Shown piece after piece: positions 1 to 10,107 of a DNA stretch of 64,000 bases. The notes under the pieces were generated by a model. That model saw only the letters and a list, made by a program, of their open reading frames with translations. It was not told where the DNA came from and searched no databases. This stretch comes from an uncultured Bacteroidales bacterium (lineage in GTDB: Bacteria > Bacteroidota > Bacteroidia > Bacteroidales > DTU049), in the NCBI GenBank assembly GCA_964388575.1, contig CAYMAZ010000011.1:1141-65140 (forward strand), read 5' to 3'. Position 1 is the stretch's first letter. Each line of letters opens with the position of its first letter. The position numbers and the translations under genes were made by a program.

Positions 1-1
1 A

Positions 2-1108
2 AACACTCTAGCATCTCAATTTTGGGGAACATCCAGATACATAAAATTTGATGTATTACCCTATGACGGGATACACCATATTGACATGCACATGAAACTT
101 CTTGATGAAGAAACCATTCTTTTTGGGGAGTATCCAACAGGAATCTCAGATGGTCCACAGATTGAGGCCAATCTGCAGTATCTGCTGGCAAACTACAATT
201 CTGTATTCGGAACTCCCTATAAAATTGTCAGAATTCCCATGCCATCAAATGCAGCAGGAACAAGTTGGCCAAGTACAGGCGCTTATTACCGGACATACAC
301 AAACGGAGTATTTGTAAATAAAACATTTATATATCCTACATATTACGAGAAATATGACACCACTGCAACCAGAATCTATTCAGAAGCGTTACCGGGTTAC
401 AAACTTGTCGGAATTGACAGTGATGACGGAAGCAGCCCCATAATCAGTGCAAGTGGATCAATCCATTGTATAACCAATAATATACATGTTCAGGATCCAT
501 TGCTGATTTCACATAAAAGACTTGAAAACACAGATTCTGTCGGCCCCTATCAGGTGCAAGCCAGAATTCAACACCGGACAGGCATCATGTCGGCAACTTT
601 GTATCATACAATAGACACGAGTCTTGCATTCTCATCAGTTCCAATGACACTTGCTGATTCCTTAAGCAATATCTGGACAGGAAATATTTCCACATACCCT
701 GCAGGAGCAACAGTATATTATTATATCGGAGCAACATCAGTTTCAAATAAAACACAGGTCAGGCCGATCACTGCTCCTGACGGTTTCTGGAAATTTACTA
801 TTTCTGTTCTGGCAGGACTTGAGGATAATCAAGAGATTGAAACACACATCTCACTCAAAAATCCTTTTCCGAATCCTGCAAGAGCAATAACATGTATACC
901 CATAGAATCTTCGGGGCATTTTCAATGCAGTATCGGGCTCTACGACATCAACGGCAGAAAGGTTGAACCAATATTTGAAGGGCAACTGAAACCCGGCCCC
1001 AATTATTTCTTTTTCAACGCCACTCATATGGATTCGGGAGTATATCTCATCAGATTAGAAAGTGACCATATTACAGAAACCAAAAAAATCATTGTATATG
1101 GTTACTAA
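2..1108 (+). CDS. Agmatine deiminase / Porphyromonas-type peptidyl-arginine deiminase family protein with T9SS C-terminal sorting domain (5' end lies outside the window)
   Basis: The frame is open from base 2 (..IHHIDMHMKLLDEET..). Motif SGSIHCITNN resembles the catalytic Cys of the guanidino-modifying fold. The C-terminal ~80 aa (NPFPNPARAIT...GVYLIRLESD...KKIIV) fits the T9SS CTD pattern. Confidence 0.7.
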   Translation, partial: NTLASQFWGTSRYIKFDVLPYDGIHHIDMHMKLLDEETILFGEYPTGISDGPQIEANLQYLLANYNSVFGTPYKIVRIPMPSNAAGTSWPSTGAYYRTYTNGVFVNKTFIYPTYYEKYDTTATRIYSEALPGYKLVGIDSDDGSSPIISASGSIHCITNNIHVQDPLLISHKRLENTDSVGPYQVQARIQHRTGIMSATLYHTIDTSLAFSSVPMTLADSLSNIWTGNISTYPAGATVYYYIGATSVSNKTQVRPITAPDGFWKFTISVLAGLEDNQEIETHISLKNPFPNPARAITCIPIESSGHFQCSIGLYDINGRKVEPIFEGQLKPGPNYFFFNATHMDSGVYLIRLESDHITETKKIIVYGY

Positions 1109-1202
1109 ATAATTTTATCAATGGTAAGCAACCCTGAAAAATCCCTATAGGAATGCATGCTTTGATAAATTGCTACGGAAAATTAAAATTTTTCAAACAT
1201 AA

Positions 1203-1233
1203 TTTGTTAATTCAAAAAATGTTTGTAATTTTG
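1203..1233 (+). promoter_or_regulatory. Bacteroidetes-type promoter (TTTG -33, TAATTTTG -7) upstream of rplM
   Basis: TTTG at 1203-1206 and TAATTTTG at 1226-1233 are 19 nt apart, 33 nt upstream of the rplM ATG. This matches the TTTG-N19-21-TAnnTTTG consensus described for Bacteroides sigma-A promoters. Confidence 0.5.
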
Positions 1234-1265
1234 CAACCCATTTAAATCAGGAAAGGATATTTGTC

Positions 1266-1721
1266 ATGGATACATTAAGTTACAAAACAGTTTCAGCAAA
1301 CAATCAGACAGTAAATAAAGAATGGTTGATAATTGATGCAGAAGGTCAGACTTTAGGTCGTTTTGCATCAAGAGTGGCCTTCATACTCAGAGGCAAACAC
1401 AAGACCAATTTCACTCCACATGTTGATTGCGGTGACAATGTGATCATCATAAATGCTGATAAAGTGAAACTTACAGGAAATAAAATAAATCAAAAAACAT
1501 ATATTCGTCATACCGGTTATCCCGGAGGACAACGTGAACGCACAGTTCAGGAAATGTTTACAAGATTTCCTGAAAGAGTTGTTGAGATGGCAGTTAAGCG
1601 TATGTTGCCAAAAAACAAGCTCGGAAGTGAGCTTTACAGAAATCTGTATGTATATTCAGGAACTGCGCACAAGCACGAAGCACAACAACCCAAGACATTT
1701 GACATCAAAAACATTAAATAA
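1266..1721 (+). CDS. rplM: 50S ribosomal protein L13
   Basis: The translation (..[34 protein letters not shown]..) is typical L13. Conserved rplM-rpsI order. Confidence 0.97.
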   Translation: MDTLSYKTVSANNQTVNKEWLIIDAEGQTLGRFASRVAFILRGKHKTNFTPHVDCGDNVIIINADKVKLTGNKINQKTYIRHTGYPGGQRERTVQEMFTRFPERVVEMAVKRMLPKNKLGSELYRNLYVYSGTAHKHEAQQPKTFDIKNIK

Positions 1722-1732
1722 ACTTTCCCAGC

Positions 1733-2119
1733 ATGAACGTTATCAATAAAATTGGAAGAAGAAAAAAGGCAATTGCACGTATATATATGACTCCCGGCAA
1801 TGGAAATATTGTTGTAAACGGGCGAGACATGGAAAAATACTTTACGACAGAAACTTTAAAGTATGTAGTAAATCAACCATTTGCGCTCACCGATACTACA
1901 GGAAAATATGACATTAAAGTTAACCTTGACGGAGGTGGTATTGCAGGACAGGCAGAAGCATTACGGCTTGCAATTTCACGTGCACTTGTTGAGATTGATG
2001 CTGAAAACAGATTGCGTTTAAAGCCCCACGGATTGCTTCGTCGTGATCCCAGGATGGTTGAAAGAAAAAAACCGGGAAGACCCAAAGCCAGAAAAAGGTT
2101 TCAGTTTTCAAAGCGTTAA
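1733..2119 (+). CDS. rpsI: 30S ribosomal protein S9
   Basis: GRRKKAIARIY...GGGIAGQAEALRLAISRAL...RKKPGRPKARKRFQFSKR is the S9 signature and C-terminus. Confidence 0.97.
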   Translation: MNVINKIGRRKKAIARIYMTPGNGNIVVNGRDMEKYFTTETLKYVVNQPFALTDTTGKYDIKVNLDGGGIAGQAEALRLAISRALVEIDAENRLRLKPHGLLRRDPRMVERKKPGRPKARKRFQFSKR

Positions 2120-2217
2120 GATTTCTTTCCGGAACGTGTTTAGTATCCAAATCTTCAGGACCACATTGGTGCTACCTCAAGATTGAATTCAGTGAATGTA
2201 AACATAAATTATAAATA

Positions 2218-3093
2218 ATGAAACAATTAACTTTCGAACAATTACTTGATGCAGGTTGCCACTTTGGTCACCTTAAAAGAAAATGGAATCCGAATATGGC
2301 TCCTTATATTTTTATGGAGCGAAACGGAATTCATGTCATTGATCTTTACAAAACAATTGCAAAGCTTGAAGAAGCTGCCAATGCAATTAAACAGGTTGCC
2401 AAATCAAACAAAAAAATACTGTTCATCGGCACCAAAAAACAAGCAAAGGAACTCGTCGCCAATGCTAGTAAAAATGCTGGCATGCCATATGTAGTAGAGC
2501 GCTGGCCTGGTGGTCTTCTTACAAATTTTGCTACCATTCGCAAGTCTGTCAAGAAAATGACGAATATTGACAAAATGATGGAAGATCCCTCATTTACCAA
2601 TATATCAAAAAGGGAAAGACTTCAACTTGCCCGAGAACGTGCAAAACTTGAAAAGAATCTTGGAAGTATTTCAGATCTTACCAAAATTCCTGCTGCACTG
2701 TTTATTGTTGACATTAATAAAGAACACATTGCTGTTGCTGAAGCACGTAAACTGAATATTCCTACATTTGCCATTGTTGATACCAACACAAATCCTTTGC
2801 TGATTGATTTTCCAATTCCTGCAAATGATGATGCTGCAAAATCCATCGGGTTAATTCTGGATTATATTAGTGATGCCGTTGTTGAAGGCCTTGAAGAAAG
2901 AAAAGCAGAAAAAGATTACAGCGAATATGTTGAAGAAGAAACTGATGACAACTCTGTTTCCATCCCGGAAGTTGATGAAGATGCGATTATTGAAAAGCAT
3001 ATAGCAACAAAACCAGCCGGTAAGGAGATCAAGCTGGATATTGATGATGATGAAAGTTCCAAAACGGCTAAAAAAGTTACAAAAAAGAAATAA
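2218..3093 (+). CDS. rpsB: 30S ribosomal protein S2 (with acidic/lysine-rich C-terminal extension)
   Basis: LLDAGCHFGHLKRKWNPNMAPYIF..GIHVIDL is the S2 N-terminal signature. Followed by tsf. Confidence 0.97.
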   Translation: MKQLTFEQLLDAGCHFGHLKRKWNPNMAPYIFMERNGIHVIDLYKTIAKLEEAANAIKQVAKSNKKILFIGTKKQAKELVANASKNAGMPYVVERWPGGLLTNFATIRKSVKKMTNIDKMMEDPSFTNISKRERLQLARERAKLEKNLGSISDLTKIPAALFIVDINKEHIAVAEARKLNIPTFAIVDTNTNPLLIDFPIPANDDAAKSIGLILDYISDAVVEGLEERKAEKDYSEYVEEETDDNSVSIPEVDEDAIIEKHIATKPAGKEIKLDIDDDESSKTAKKVTKKK

Positions 3094-3117
3094 ATAACAT
3101 TTTAAATTAAGTAGACT

Positions 3118-3954
3118 ATGGCGAATATAACAGCGCAAGATATAAATAAACTCCGCAAAATGACAGGAGTTGGTATGATGGATTGCAAACAGGCACTTAC
3201 AGAAGCTGAAGGTGATTTTGACAAAGCAATAGAAATTCTGCGTAAAAAAGGACAAAAAGTTGCAAGCAAACGTGCTGACAGAGAGACATCAGAAGGAATT
3301 GCAATTGCCAGGACAACAGACGACAATACTTTTGGTATTGCTTTTGTCCTCACCTGTGAAACAGATTTTGTTGCAAAGGGTGATGATTTCGTAAAAGCAG
3401 CTAATGACATTATGAATGTAGCCATGAATGGTAAATTTAAAACCATTGAAGATCTGAATGCAGCAAAACTTCTCAATGAGAACAAAACTGTCGGAGAACT
3501 CATCAATGATCTGCTTGGAAAAATTCAGGAAAAGATTGAAATTGCTGCATACACAATTCACGAGGCACCTTTTGTAATGGATTATACACACCACAACAAA
3601 AAGATTTCCACACTTGTCAGTTTTAACAAGCAGGTCAGTGGAATTATCGAGGCTGGAAAGGATATTGCAATGCAAATAGCTGCAATGGCTCCTGTTTCTA
3701 TTGATGAAACTTCAGTTTCATCTGAAATCATTGAAAAAGAGCTTGACATTGCACGTGACCAGGTTCGTCAGGAAGGCAAACCGGAAGAAATGGTAGAAAA
3801 AATCGCTCAGGGAAAACTGAACAAATTTTTCAAGGAAAACACATTAATGAGTCAGGCATTTATTAAAGACGGAAACATGAATGTGAAATCATATCTGGAA
3901 TCCATTGACAAAGAACTTAATGTCTTATCATTCAACAGATTAACAGTGTCCTAA
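3118..3954 (+). CDS. tsf: Translation elongation factor Ts
   Basis: N-terminal UBA-like motif INKLRKMTGVGMMDCKQALTEAEGDFDKAIEILRKKG. rpsB-tsf synteny. Confidence 0.96.
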   Translation: MANITAQDINKLRKMTGVGMMDCKQALTEAEGDFDKAIEILRKKGQKVASKRADRETSEGIAIARTTDDNTFGIAFVLTCETDFVAKGDDFVKAANDIMNVAMNGKFKTIEDLNAAKLLNENKTVGELINDLLGKIQEKIEIAAYTIHEAPFVMDYTHHNKKISTLVSFNKQVSGIIEAGKDIAMQIAAMAPVSIDETSVSSEIIEKELDIARDQVRQEGKPEEMVEKIAQGKLNKFFKENTLMSQAFIKDGNMNVKSYLESIDKELNVLSFNRLTVS

Positions 3955-3975
3955 AAATTCTTTAAAAGCTGTAAT

Positions 3976-4012
3976 AAAAAAGCCCTGTCTGAAAATACAG
4001 GGCTTTTTTTGT
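3976..4012 (+). terminator. Rho-independent terminator after tsf
   Basis: Stem AGCCCTGT (3981-3988) pairs with ACAGGGCT (3997-4004) and is followed by a T7 run. Confidence 0.8.
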
Positions 4013-4066
4013 TTCTGAAAAATACATACATATCTTTTTTGTAATTTTACAGCCAAAGAATGACAT

Positions 4067-4771
4067 ATGAAATACAAAAGAATACTATTAAAATTAAGCG
4101 GTGAATCACTGATGGGAAATCAGGCATACGGCATATCTGCCGATCAGCTCAGATATTATGCAGAAGAAATTCAGAGTATCGTTCGGAATGGGATTCAGGT
4201 CGGTATTGTTATTGGTGGCGGTAATATTTTCAGGGGTATTCAGGGGTCAGAAAAGGGATTTGACAGGATTGACGGAGATTATCTTGGAATGCTTGCAACA
4301 ATCATGAACAGTCTTGCTTTAAAATCCGAACTGGAAAAGCAACACATTAAAACTATCGTCTTTTCGGGACTTGAAATACAACCACTCTGCAGCAAGATGC
4401 ATTCTTCAACAGCACAACATTTTATTGATCAGGGCTATGTTGCAATCATTGCAGGTGGAACAGGAAATCCTTTCTTCACCACAGACAGTGCAGCAGCGTT
4501 GAGAGCTCTTGAAATTCATTCTGAAATCCTGCTCAAAGGTACCCGCGTTGACGGAGTCTACAGTGCAGACCCTGAAAAACATGCAGATGCTGTAAAATAT
4601 GAAAAACTTCAATTTGATGAAGCGTATGAAAAAGGCTTAAACATCATGGATCTAACAGCATTTACTTTATGCAGGGAAAACAAATTACCCGTCATTGTTT
4701 TTGACATAAACACAAAAGGCAATCTGTTAAAAATTATGAACGGTGAAAAAATTGGGACACTGATCTCATAA
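4067..4771 (+). CDS. pyrH: UMP kinase
   Basis: KRILLKLSGESL..GIVIGGGNIFRG..TGNPFFTTDSAAALRA are amino-acid-kinase / PyrH motifs. Confidence 0.95.
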   Translation: MKYKRILLKLSGESLMGNQAYGISADQLRYYAEEIQSIVRNGIQVGIVIGGGNIFRGIQGSEKGFDRIDGDYLGMLATIMNSLALKSELEKQHIKTIVFSGLEIQPLCSKMHSSTAQHFIDQGYVAIIAGGTGNPFFTTDSAAALRALEIHSEILLKGTRVDGVYSADPEKHADAVKYEKLQFDEAYEKGLNIMDLTAFTLCRENKLPVIVFDINTKGNLLKIMNGEKIGTLIS

Positions 4772-4792
4772 TTTCAAACTTCAAAAATTTCG

Positions 4793-4800
4793 TATTTTTG
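4793..4800 (+). promoter_or_regulatory. Candidate -7 box TATTTTTG
   Basis: Matches TAnnTTTG, 20 nt upstream of the ATG at 4820. Confidence 0.4.
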
Positions 4801-4819
4801 CAAAATCTAAAGAAATACA

Positions 4820-5155
4820 ATGGACACCAACCCATTTGAATACAAATACCATGAACAGTTAAGGGAAAAAGCACGTTCAATCGTCAATTTCAAGATGCAC
4901 AGAACAGTGTTTTTACTAGCCAATATTTTAATCTGGCTCGTCAATATGTTTTTATATTTTGCATTTCAACTCACATGGGTTTGGGCAATTTTTCCCACCT
5001 CAATCTGGGCTGTTATACTGATTTTTCATTATTTCTGGGTCTTTAAATGGAACAACGACAGGATTGAAAATGAATATCAGAAACTTTTAAGAAAAGGAAG
5101 CAAAACTGACAAAATATTGAAGGATTCTTCGACAGCAAACAACCAAACAAAATAA
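4820..5155 (+). CDS. Small membrane protein with two predicted TM helices (2TM-domain-like)
   Basis: Two adjacent hydrophobic helices (VFLLANILIWLVNMFLYFAF / IFPTSIWAVILIFHYFWVF) are flanked by charged termini. Its own -7 box is present. Confidence 0.6.
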   Translation: MDTNPFEYKYHEQLREKARSIVNFKMHRTVFLLANILIWLVNMFLYFAFQLTWVWAIFPTSIWAVILIFHYFWVFKWNNDRIENEYQKLLRKGSKTDKILKDSSTANNQTK

Positions 5156-5175
5156 AAAATTAAAATTCATACCAT

Positions 5176-5739
5176 ATGACAGACGACTCAATACTCCTTT
5201 TGGAAGAAACAGAAGAGCAGATGCAGCAGGCATTTGCCTATCTGGAAAAAGAACTTCTGAAAATCAGGGCAGGAAAAGCATCACCTCAGATTCTGGAAGA
5301 TATTAAAATTGATTATTACGGCACAATGACTCCGCTCAATCAAACAGCAAATATCAATACTCCGGATGCACGGACAATCGTTATTCAAGCCTGGGACAAG
5401 AGTATTCTTGGTGTGATTGAAAAAGCCATTCTTGCAGCGAATCTGGGATTTACACCTATGAACAACGGTGAGGTACTAAGAATCAACATCCCTCCTATCA
5501 CAGAAGAAAGGAGAAAAGAACTTGTCAAGAAGGCCAAGCAAGAAGCAGAAAATGCCCGAATTGCGATCAGGAATCTCAGGCGTAGTGCAAATGAGAAAGC
5601 CAAGAAACTTGAAAAAGATGGTGTTCCTGAAGATGAAGTAAAGTTACTTGAAAAAGAAATTCAGGACTTGACTGACAAGTGTATAGAAAAGGTTGATAAA
5701 CTGGTTGAAGGTAAGGAAAAAGAAATTCTTACCATTTAA
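5176..5739 (+). CDS. frr: Ribosome recycling factor
   Basis: ..LKIRAGKASPQILEDIKIDYYG..LNQTANI..PDARTI.. and the length (187 aa) are typical of RRF. Confidence 0.96.
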   Translation: MTDDSILLLEETEEQMQQAFAYLEKELLKIRAGKASPQILEDIKIDYYGTMTPLNQTANINTPDARTIVIQAWDKSILGVIEKAILAANLGFTPMNNGEVLRINIPPITEERRKELVKKAKQEAENARIAIRNLRRSANEKAKKLEKDGVPEDEVKLLEKEIQDLTDKCIEKVDKLVEGKEKEILTI

Positions 5740-5796
5740 TTACAGGACTGAAGTTCAGAGTGATTCCAGTCGTTTACACTGGAATGACAGGATTGT

Positions 5797-8292
5797 TTAA
5801 AACATATCATCCTCATTCATTTCATCATCCGAACGTGTTCTTCTTCTTTCAGCCTGTCCATTCTTCGCATTCATTTGCCAGGTGATTCCAACAGTGATAA
5901 CTCTTGATTGCCATTTTCTATTCACATCAAATTTGAAGGTTTCATCCTGCATGGAAACACCAAATTTCATGGTGTTAAAGATATCTCTGACATTCAGATT
6001 AACAGTGAGTTTATTCTGGATTGCCTGATATCGCAGTCCGGCATTCATAAAATACATTGCATTACGTTTGCCCTGCAGCATAACTCTTGGACCACGATAC
6101 ATTGCATTCAACTGAAGATCAAGAGCTTTGGTCAGTTTCATAGTAGAGTTCAGATTTCCGCTGTAAGAAAAGTCGTCTGCTGTCAAATCTGTATCCAGAT
6201 TTTCTCCGTTTATCATTGTTCTGAACAAACTCCCGCTTAAATTGAGCTTCCACCACTTAGTTATGGTTTGATTTACAATGAGTTCCAAGCCAAAAGCATC
6301 GGCACTGGCAATATTTTCATAGGTAGCCAAAGACATTGTGTCCTGATATGTAACTCTGAAACGGGAAATAAGATCAACTGTTCTTTTATAAAATACACTT
6401 GGCATCAGGCTTGTATTCTTCCATATTTTCATATATCCCAACTCCAGTGAATGAATATATTCAGGATTGAGATAAGGATTACCCCCCCTCAGGTTCGGTG
6501 AGTTTGTATAGTCAATAAAAGGACTTAACGAATGGAAACTTGGTCTGTTTACACGTTTACTATATGTAAGCTGTACTTCTTCTCCATCCTTTATCTTTCG
6601 GGAAATTGCAGCAGTTGGATATAAACTGTAATAGTCGTTAAGAATGACAGGTTCATTATTTACCTGTGGTTTTGCCTGCGCATATTCAAAACGCAGACCT
6701 GCTGAGTAGCTCCATTGATCATTGAAAGTCTGCGAAAAATTTGCATAAACAGCATAAACATCTTCATCAAAAGAAAACACATTACTTCTGAGTGTATCAA
6801 ACAATAAGTTCTCATAGGACGAATACCCAGAAAAATAAGCATTATCACTTGTCATAGTTCTGAGAGTTACATGAGTTCCAGTTTCCAGTTTGGCATTTTC
6901 GCCAATTGGATGAGTATAATCGATTTTGCCGAGTATGGTTGAGTTGATTGAGTTTGAGTTTATATCTTCAAGCCATTGATCAACAGAGTCTATTGCAACC
7001 CAGTTTTCATTGAAATAACTCCTGCTTTGTTCCGTTAAGCTTTGAAAATTGCCCCAGGAATAATTAAGATCAACCTGAAGAAATTGTTTGGGATTGTCAA
7101 ATTTCAGATTATAATAAAGATTGCTATTCAGCATATTGTGAGAAAATTCAGAGGTGTTATCATTTCTGAAATTTCTTAGAAAGCTGAGGGCATAATCTTT
7201 TTCTGTATTTGTGTTAAAAGATTCAGAATTTGAGCTTCTGATATTTCCGTTTACTGATATTCCAACGGTAGTTCTGGGATTTATAAAATAATCAGCACCA
7301 AGCTTAAATGAATGCCCCATTGAACGAGATTCATTTTCAGAAATTTGTTCCTGTAGATAAACAGGATAATTTGAGTTATAGCTATATCTGGTAGTCTGAC
7401 CTTCTCCCTTTCTACGGTCACTTCTCAGATCATAATTTGCATAAAGATTAACTTTCTCCAGACCATGTGATACAGCAATATTTCCGGAATATCCCAATTT
7501 TGAATTTGCGTTGACAGAAGCAATGACAGAAGTATTTTGTTCCTTTCTTTTTTTAAGAACGATATTAATAATTCCAGATGTTCCTTCAGGATCATATTTT
7601 GCAGAAGGATTTGTAATCAATTCAATTGTAGAAATCATGTCAGCCGGAATCTGATCCAGCACAGCTTTTCTGGAACCAGCAAAATTGGCTGGACGTCCGT
7701 CTATAAGTATGGTAACATTCTCTGAACCTCTGTAACTTACATTTCCATCCATATCCACAGTTACAGACGGGACAGTTTCGAGAACATCAATTGCAGTACC
7801 GCCTGCAATTGTCACATTGCTCTCAATATTGACGACCTTTCTGTCAAGATTCATTTCAACAAATGGTTTTTCACCAACAATTTCAACTGCATTAAGTGAA
7901 GCAGATGATAAAGTAATGTGTATTTTTCCCACATCCACAACATCTCCGGACTGCTGTGAAACAGTAAAAGGTCCGCATTCTTTGGTGTGATAACCCACAA
8001 ATGTAACTCTGAGCATATATTTACCTGGTGTGATCTGTGGAATTGAAAACAATCCACGTGTATTTGTAATTGCCCCACTCACCAGCATTGAGTCTCTCAT
8101 TCTGAAAGCTGCCACACTTGCAAATTCAAGTGGATGTCCGGAAAGAGAGTCTAGAACATGCCCTCTGATGGTTTTACTTGCCGGTGAATGATTAGCTTGT
8201 TGTTGTTGAGCTGAAAGTGTCAGATTAATTAACAGTAAAAGACAACTGAGTATCAAAGTGTACGTGAGTTTCATATTTAAGAAAATTTTCAT
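5797..8292 (-). CDS. TonB-dependent-receptor-like outer membrane beta-barrel protein with N-terminal carboxypeptidase-regulatory-like domain
   Basis: Signal peptide. A CarbopepD_reg-like segment (IRGHVLDS..PLEFASVA) is followed by a plug-like segment (AIDVLETVPSVTVDMDGNVSYRGSENVTILIDGRP). The rest is a long beta-strand-rich C-terminus ending in an aromatic residue (..DDMF). Confidence 0.8.
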   Translation of the reverse strand: MKIFLNMKLTYTLILSCLLLLINLTLSAQQQQANHSPASKTIRGHVLDSLSGHPLEFASVAAFRMRDSMLVSGAITNTRGLFSIPQITPGKYMLRVTFVGYHTKECGPFTVSQQSGDVVDVGKIHITLSSASLNAVEIVGEKPFVEMNLDRKVVNIESNVTIAGGTAIDVLETVPSVTVDMDGNVSYRGSENVTILIDGRPANFAGSRKAVLDQIPADMISTIELITNPSAKYDPEGTSGIINIVLKKRKEQNTSVIASVNANSKLGYSGNIAVSHGLEKVNLYANYDLRSDRRKGEGQTTRYSYNSNYPVYLQEQISENESRSMGHSFKLGADYFINPRTTVGISVNGNIRSSNSESFNTNTEKDYALSFLRNFRNDNTSEFSHNMLNSNLYYNLKFDNPKQFLQVDLNYSWGNFQSLTEQSRSYFNENWVAIDSVDQWLEDINSNSINSTILGKIDYTHPIGENAKLETGTHVTLRTMTSDNAYFSGYSSYENLLFDTLRSNVFSFDEDVYAVYANFSQTFNDQWSYSAGLRFEYAQAKPQVNNEPVILNDYYSLYPTAAISRKIKDGEEVQLTYSKRVNRPSFHSLSPFIDYTNSPNLRGGNPYLNPEYIHSLELGYMKIWKNTSLMPSVFYKRTVDLISRFRVTYQDTMSLATYENIASADAFGLELIVNQTITKWWKLNLSGSLFRTMINGENLDTDLTADDFSYSGNLNSTMKLTKALDLQLNAMYRGPRVMLQGKRNAMYFMNAGLRYQAIQNKLTVNLNVRDIFNTMKFGVSMQDETFKFDVNRKWQSRVITVGITWQMNAKNGQAERRRTRSDDEMNEDDMF

Positions 8293-8377
8293 ATTGTTAT
8301 AATGTACCCATTAGACAGAAAACAACAATAAAACTTGCGAAAAATGTGAAATATTTTAAAAAAATATGTTTTGGATG

Positions 8378-9130
8378 TTAGTGACACTTGCAATCAGGGT
8401 GTATACCCAATACATAGTTATTAATAACTTCAAGTTGTTGTGCGGTTTCAGCCCCGGCAAAACCTTTCAGATCATTATAAGTCACAGTTTTAATATAATC
8501 TTCTGTGAACCGACATGCAAGAGGAAGATAAGACCAATGCCATGGTTCATCTTCATAACCAGTTAATCGTTCAATTCCTTTCATTTTATATGGCTGACAA
8601 AAACCAAAACGAGCTGCATTATCTTTCAGCCACTGATATTCCTTCACTCCTTTACCTTTCTGGAAATATTCCGGAGATACGCTGTTTATGTCAATATCAG
8701 TTCCCCAGTGATGCCTTGATGTTCCGGGCATAGACGAATAGGTCAGGATTTTTTCAGCACGCATCACTGGATCAGCACATGTTTTGCTTAAATTACTTCC
8801 TTCAACAAGAGTAACGCCCTTCCATTTATTCTCCCATATTTGTTTTTGTCTATCAAAACTGCGGGTTGCGGAAACGATATACAACCTCACACCATCTTTC
8901 ATTGCAGCTTCATGCATCTTCTTAAATGCATCAAAGGTTTCATTGTGCAGATACATGCCCTGTTTAAATGTATAGGGTGTTTTTGCTTCGGTATAATCAG
9001 GTTGTTGAGCAGGATCAAACTGTCCAAGCAGAATTTTTTTTTCTGTTTGTTTCATAACTGTATCATCATTGTGAAATGAAAATCCGTTTAAAAATATCAA
9101 AAAAAAGAAAGGGTATAAAATCGTATTCAT
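8378..9130 (-). CDS. Peptidase M15 family (VanY-like D-alanyl-D-alanine carboxypeptidase)
   Basis: Motifs SATRSFDRQ, SRHHWGTDIDI and EPWHW match the Zn-ligand pattern of M15B/VanY. An N-terminal signal is present. Confidence 0.8.
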   Translation of the reverse strand: MNTILYPFFFLIFLNGFSFHNDDTVMKQTEKKILLGQFDPAQQPDYTEAKTPYTFKQGMYLHNETFDAFKKMHEAAMKDGVRLYIVSATRSFDRQKQIWENKWKGVTLVEGSNLSKTCADPVMRAEKILTYSSMPGTSRHHWGTDIDINSVSPEYFQKGKGVKEYQWLKDNAARFGFCQPYKMKGIERLTGYEDEPWHWSYLPLACRFTEDYIKTVTYNDLKGFAGAETAQQLEVINNYVLGIHPDCKCH

Positions 9131-10107
9131 TTTCTGTTCATTACTTTAAATGCTGCATGATATATGGATTTCGGGTCAAGTTTATATTTTTCCATAAGTT
9201 CTTCAGGCCTTCCGGATTCACCAAACGTATCATGCACACCAATAAATTCAACCGGAACAGGTTTGTTTACAGATAACAACTCTGAGACAGCTGATCCCAG
9301 GCCACCTGCGATCTGATGTTCTTCACAGGTCACAACGGCCCTGCAATGTTCAGCAGCATTCAATATCAATTCATTGTCAAGTGGTTTGATTGTGTGTATG
9401 TTGATAACCATGGCATCAATATCTTTCTTCTTCAGGAGCCTCGATGCATGAAGGGCATTCCATGTTAAATGTCCTGTTGCAATAATACACACATCTGATC
9501 CTGAATTAAGTATCTGACCTTTTCCAATTTCGAAAATCTGTTCTTCTGATGAAAAATCGGGCACAGCTTCACGACCATATCTGATATAACAAGGCCCTTT
9601 AATCTGTTCAACTGCTGCAATAACTGCTTTTTCTGTTTGTGTTGCATCACATGGAGACAAAACTGTCATATTGGGCAGCACCCTCATCACAGCAATATCT
9701 TCAAGAGCCTGATGTGTTGCGCCGTCAGGACCAACGGAAACGCCAGCATGAGCCCCTCCGATAATGACGTGCAGTTTGTTATAACACACTGAAATTCTAA
9801 TCTGGTCTGCACAACGAAAAGCTGAGAAAACCCCGTAGGTGGAAAAAACCGGAATTTTACCCATCAGAGCAAGACCTGAGGCCACTCCCACTGCATTTTG
9901 TTCAGCTATACCCAGAGAAATGAAACGTCCTGGAAAGTGTTCGGCAAATATATCCATTCCGACTGATGCAGTGATGTCTGTTCCAAGACACACTATATTC
10001 CTGTGTTCCAAACCGGCATGATGTAATCCTTTGGCAAATCCAGTTCTTGTGGGTAAGATGGATCTGTACTGATCAGTTTCCATTGTAATTCTTTTCAAGT
10101 TCTTCAA
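9127..10107 (-). CDS. Transketolase, C-terminal (pyrimidine-binding) subunit
   Basis: GIAEQNAVGVASGLA..GKIPVFSTYGVF and the following region resemble the C-terminal half of transketolase. It overlaps the end of the N-terminal subunit gene. The true start may be the internal Met at 10083. Confidence 0.9.
   Translation of the reverse strand: MKNLKRITMETDQYRSILPTRTGFAKGLHHAGLEHRNIVCLGTDITASVGMDIFAEHFPGRFISLGIAEQNAVGVASGLALMGKIPVFSTYGVFSAFRCADQIRISVCYNKLHVIIGGAHAGVSVGPDGATHQALEDIAVMRVLPNMTVLSPCDATQTEKAVIAAVEQIKGPCYIRYGREAVPDFSSEEQIFEIGKGQILNSGSDVCIIATGHLTWNALHASRLLKKKDIDAMVINIHTIKPLDNELILNAAEHCRAVVTCEEHQIAGGLGSAVSELLSVNKPVPVEFIGVHDTFGESGRPEELMEKYKLDPKSIYHAAFKVMNRK

Noticed and set aside
2851-3675. 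Long antisense ORFs (2851-3255, 3102-3506, 3289-3675) opposite rpsB/tsf
   Set aside because: They are low-complexity, Phe/Ile/Cys-rich shadow ORFs on the opposite strand of unambiguous ribosomal and translation genes.
10073-10107. Overlap between the two transketolase ORFs as a possible frameshifted pseudogene
   Set aside because: Split N-terminal and C-terminal transketolase subunit genes are a common natural arrangement in anaerobes. Both halves are intact with complete motifs.
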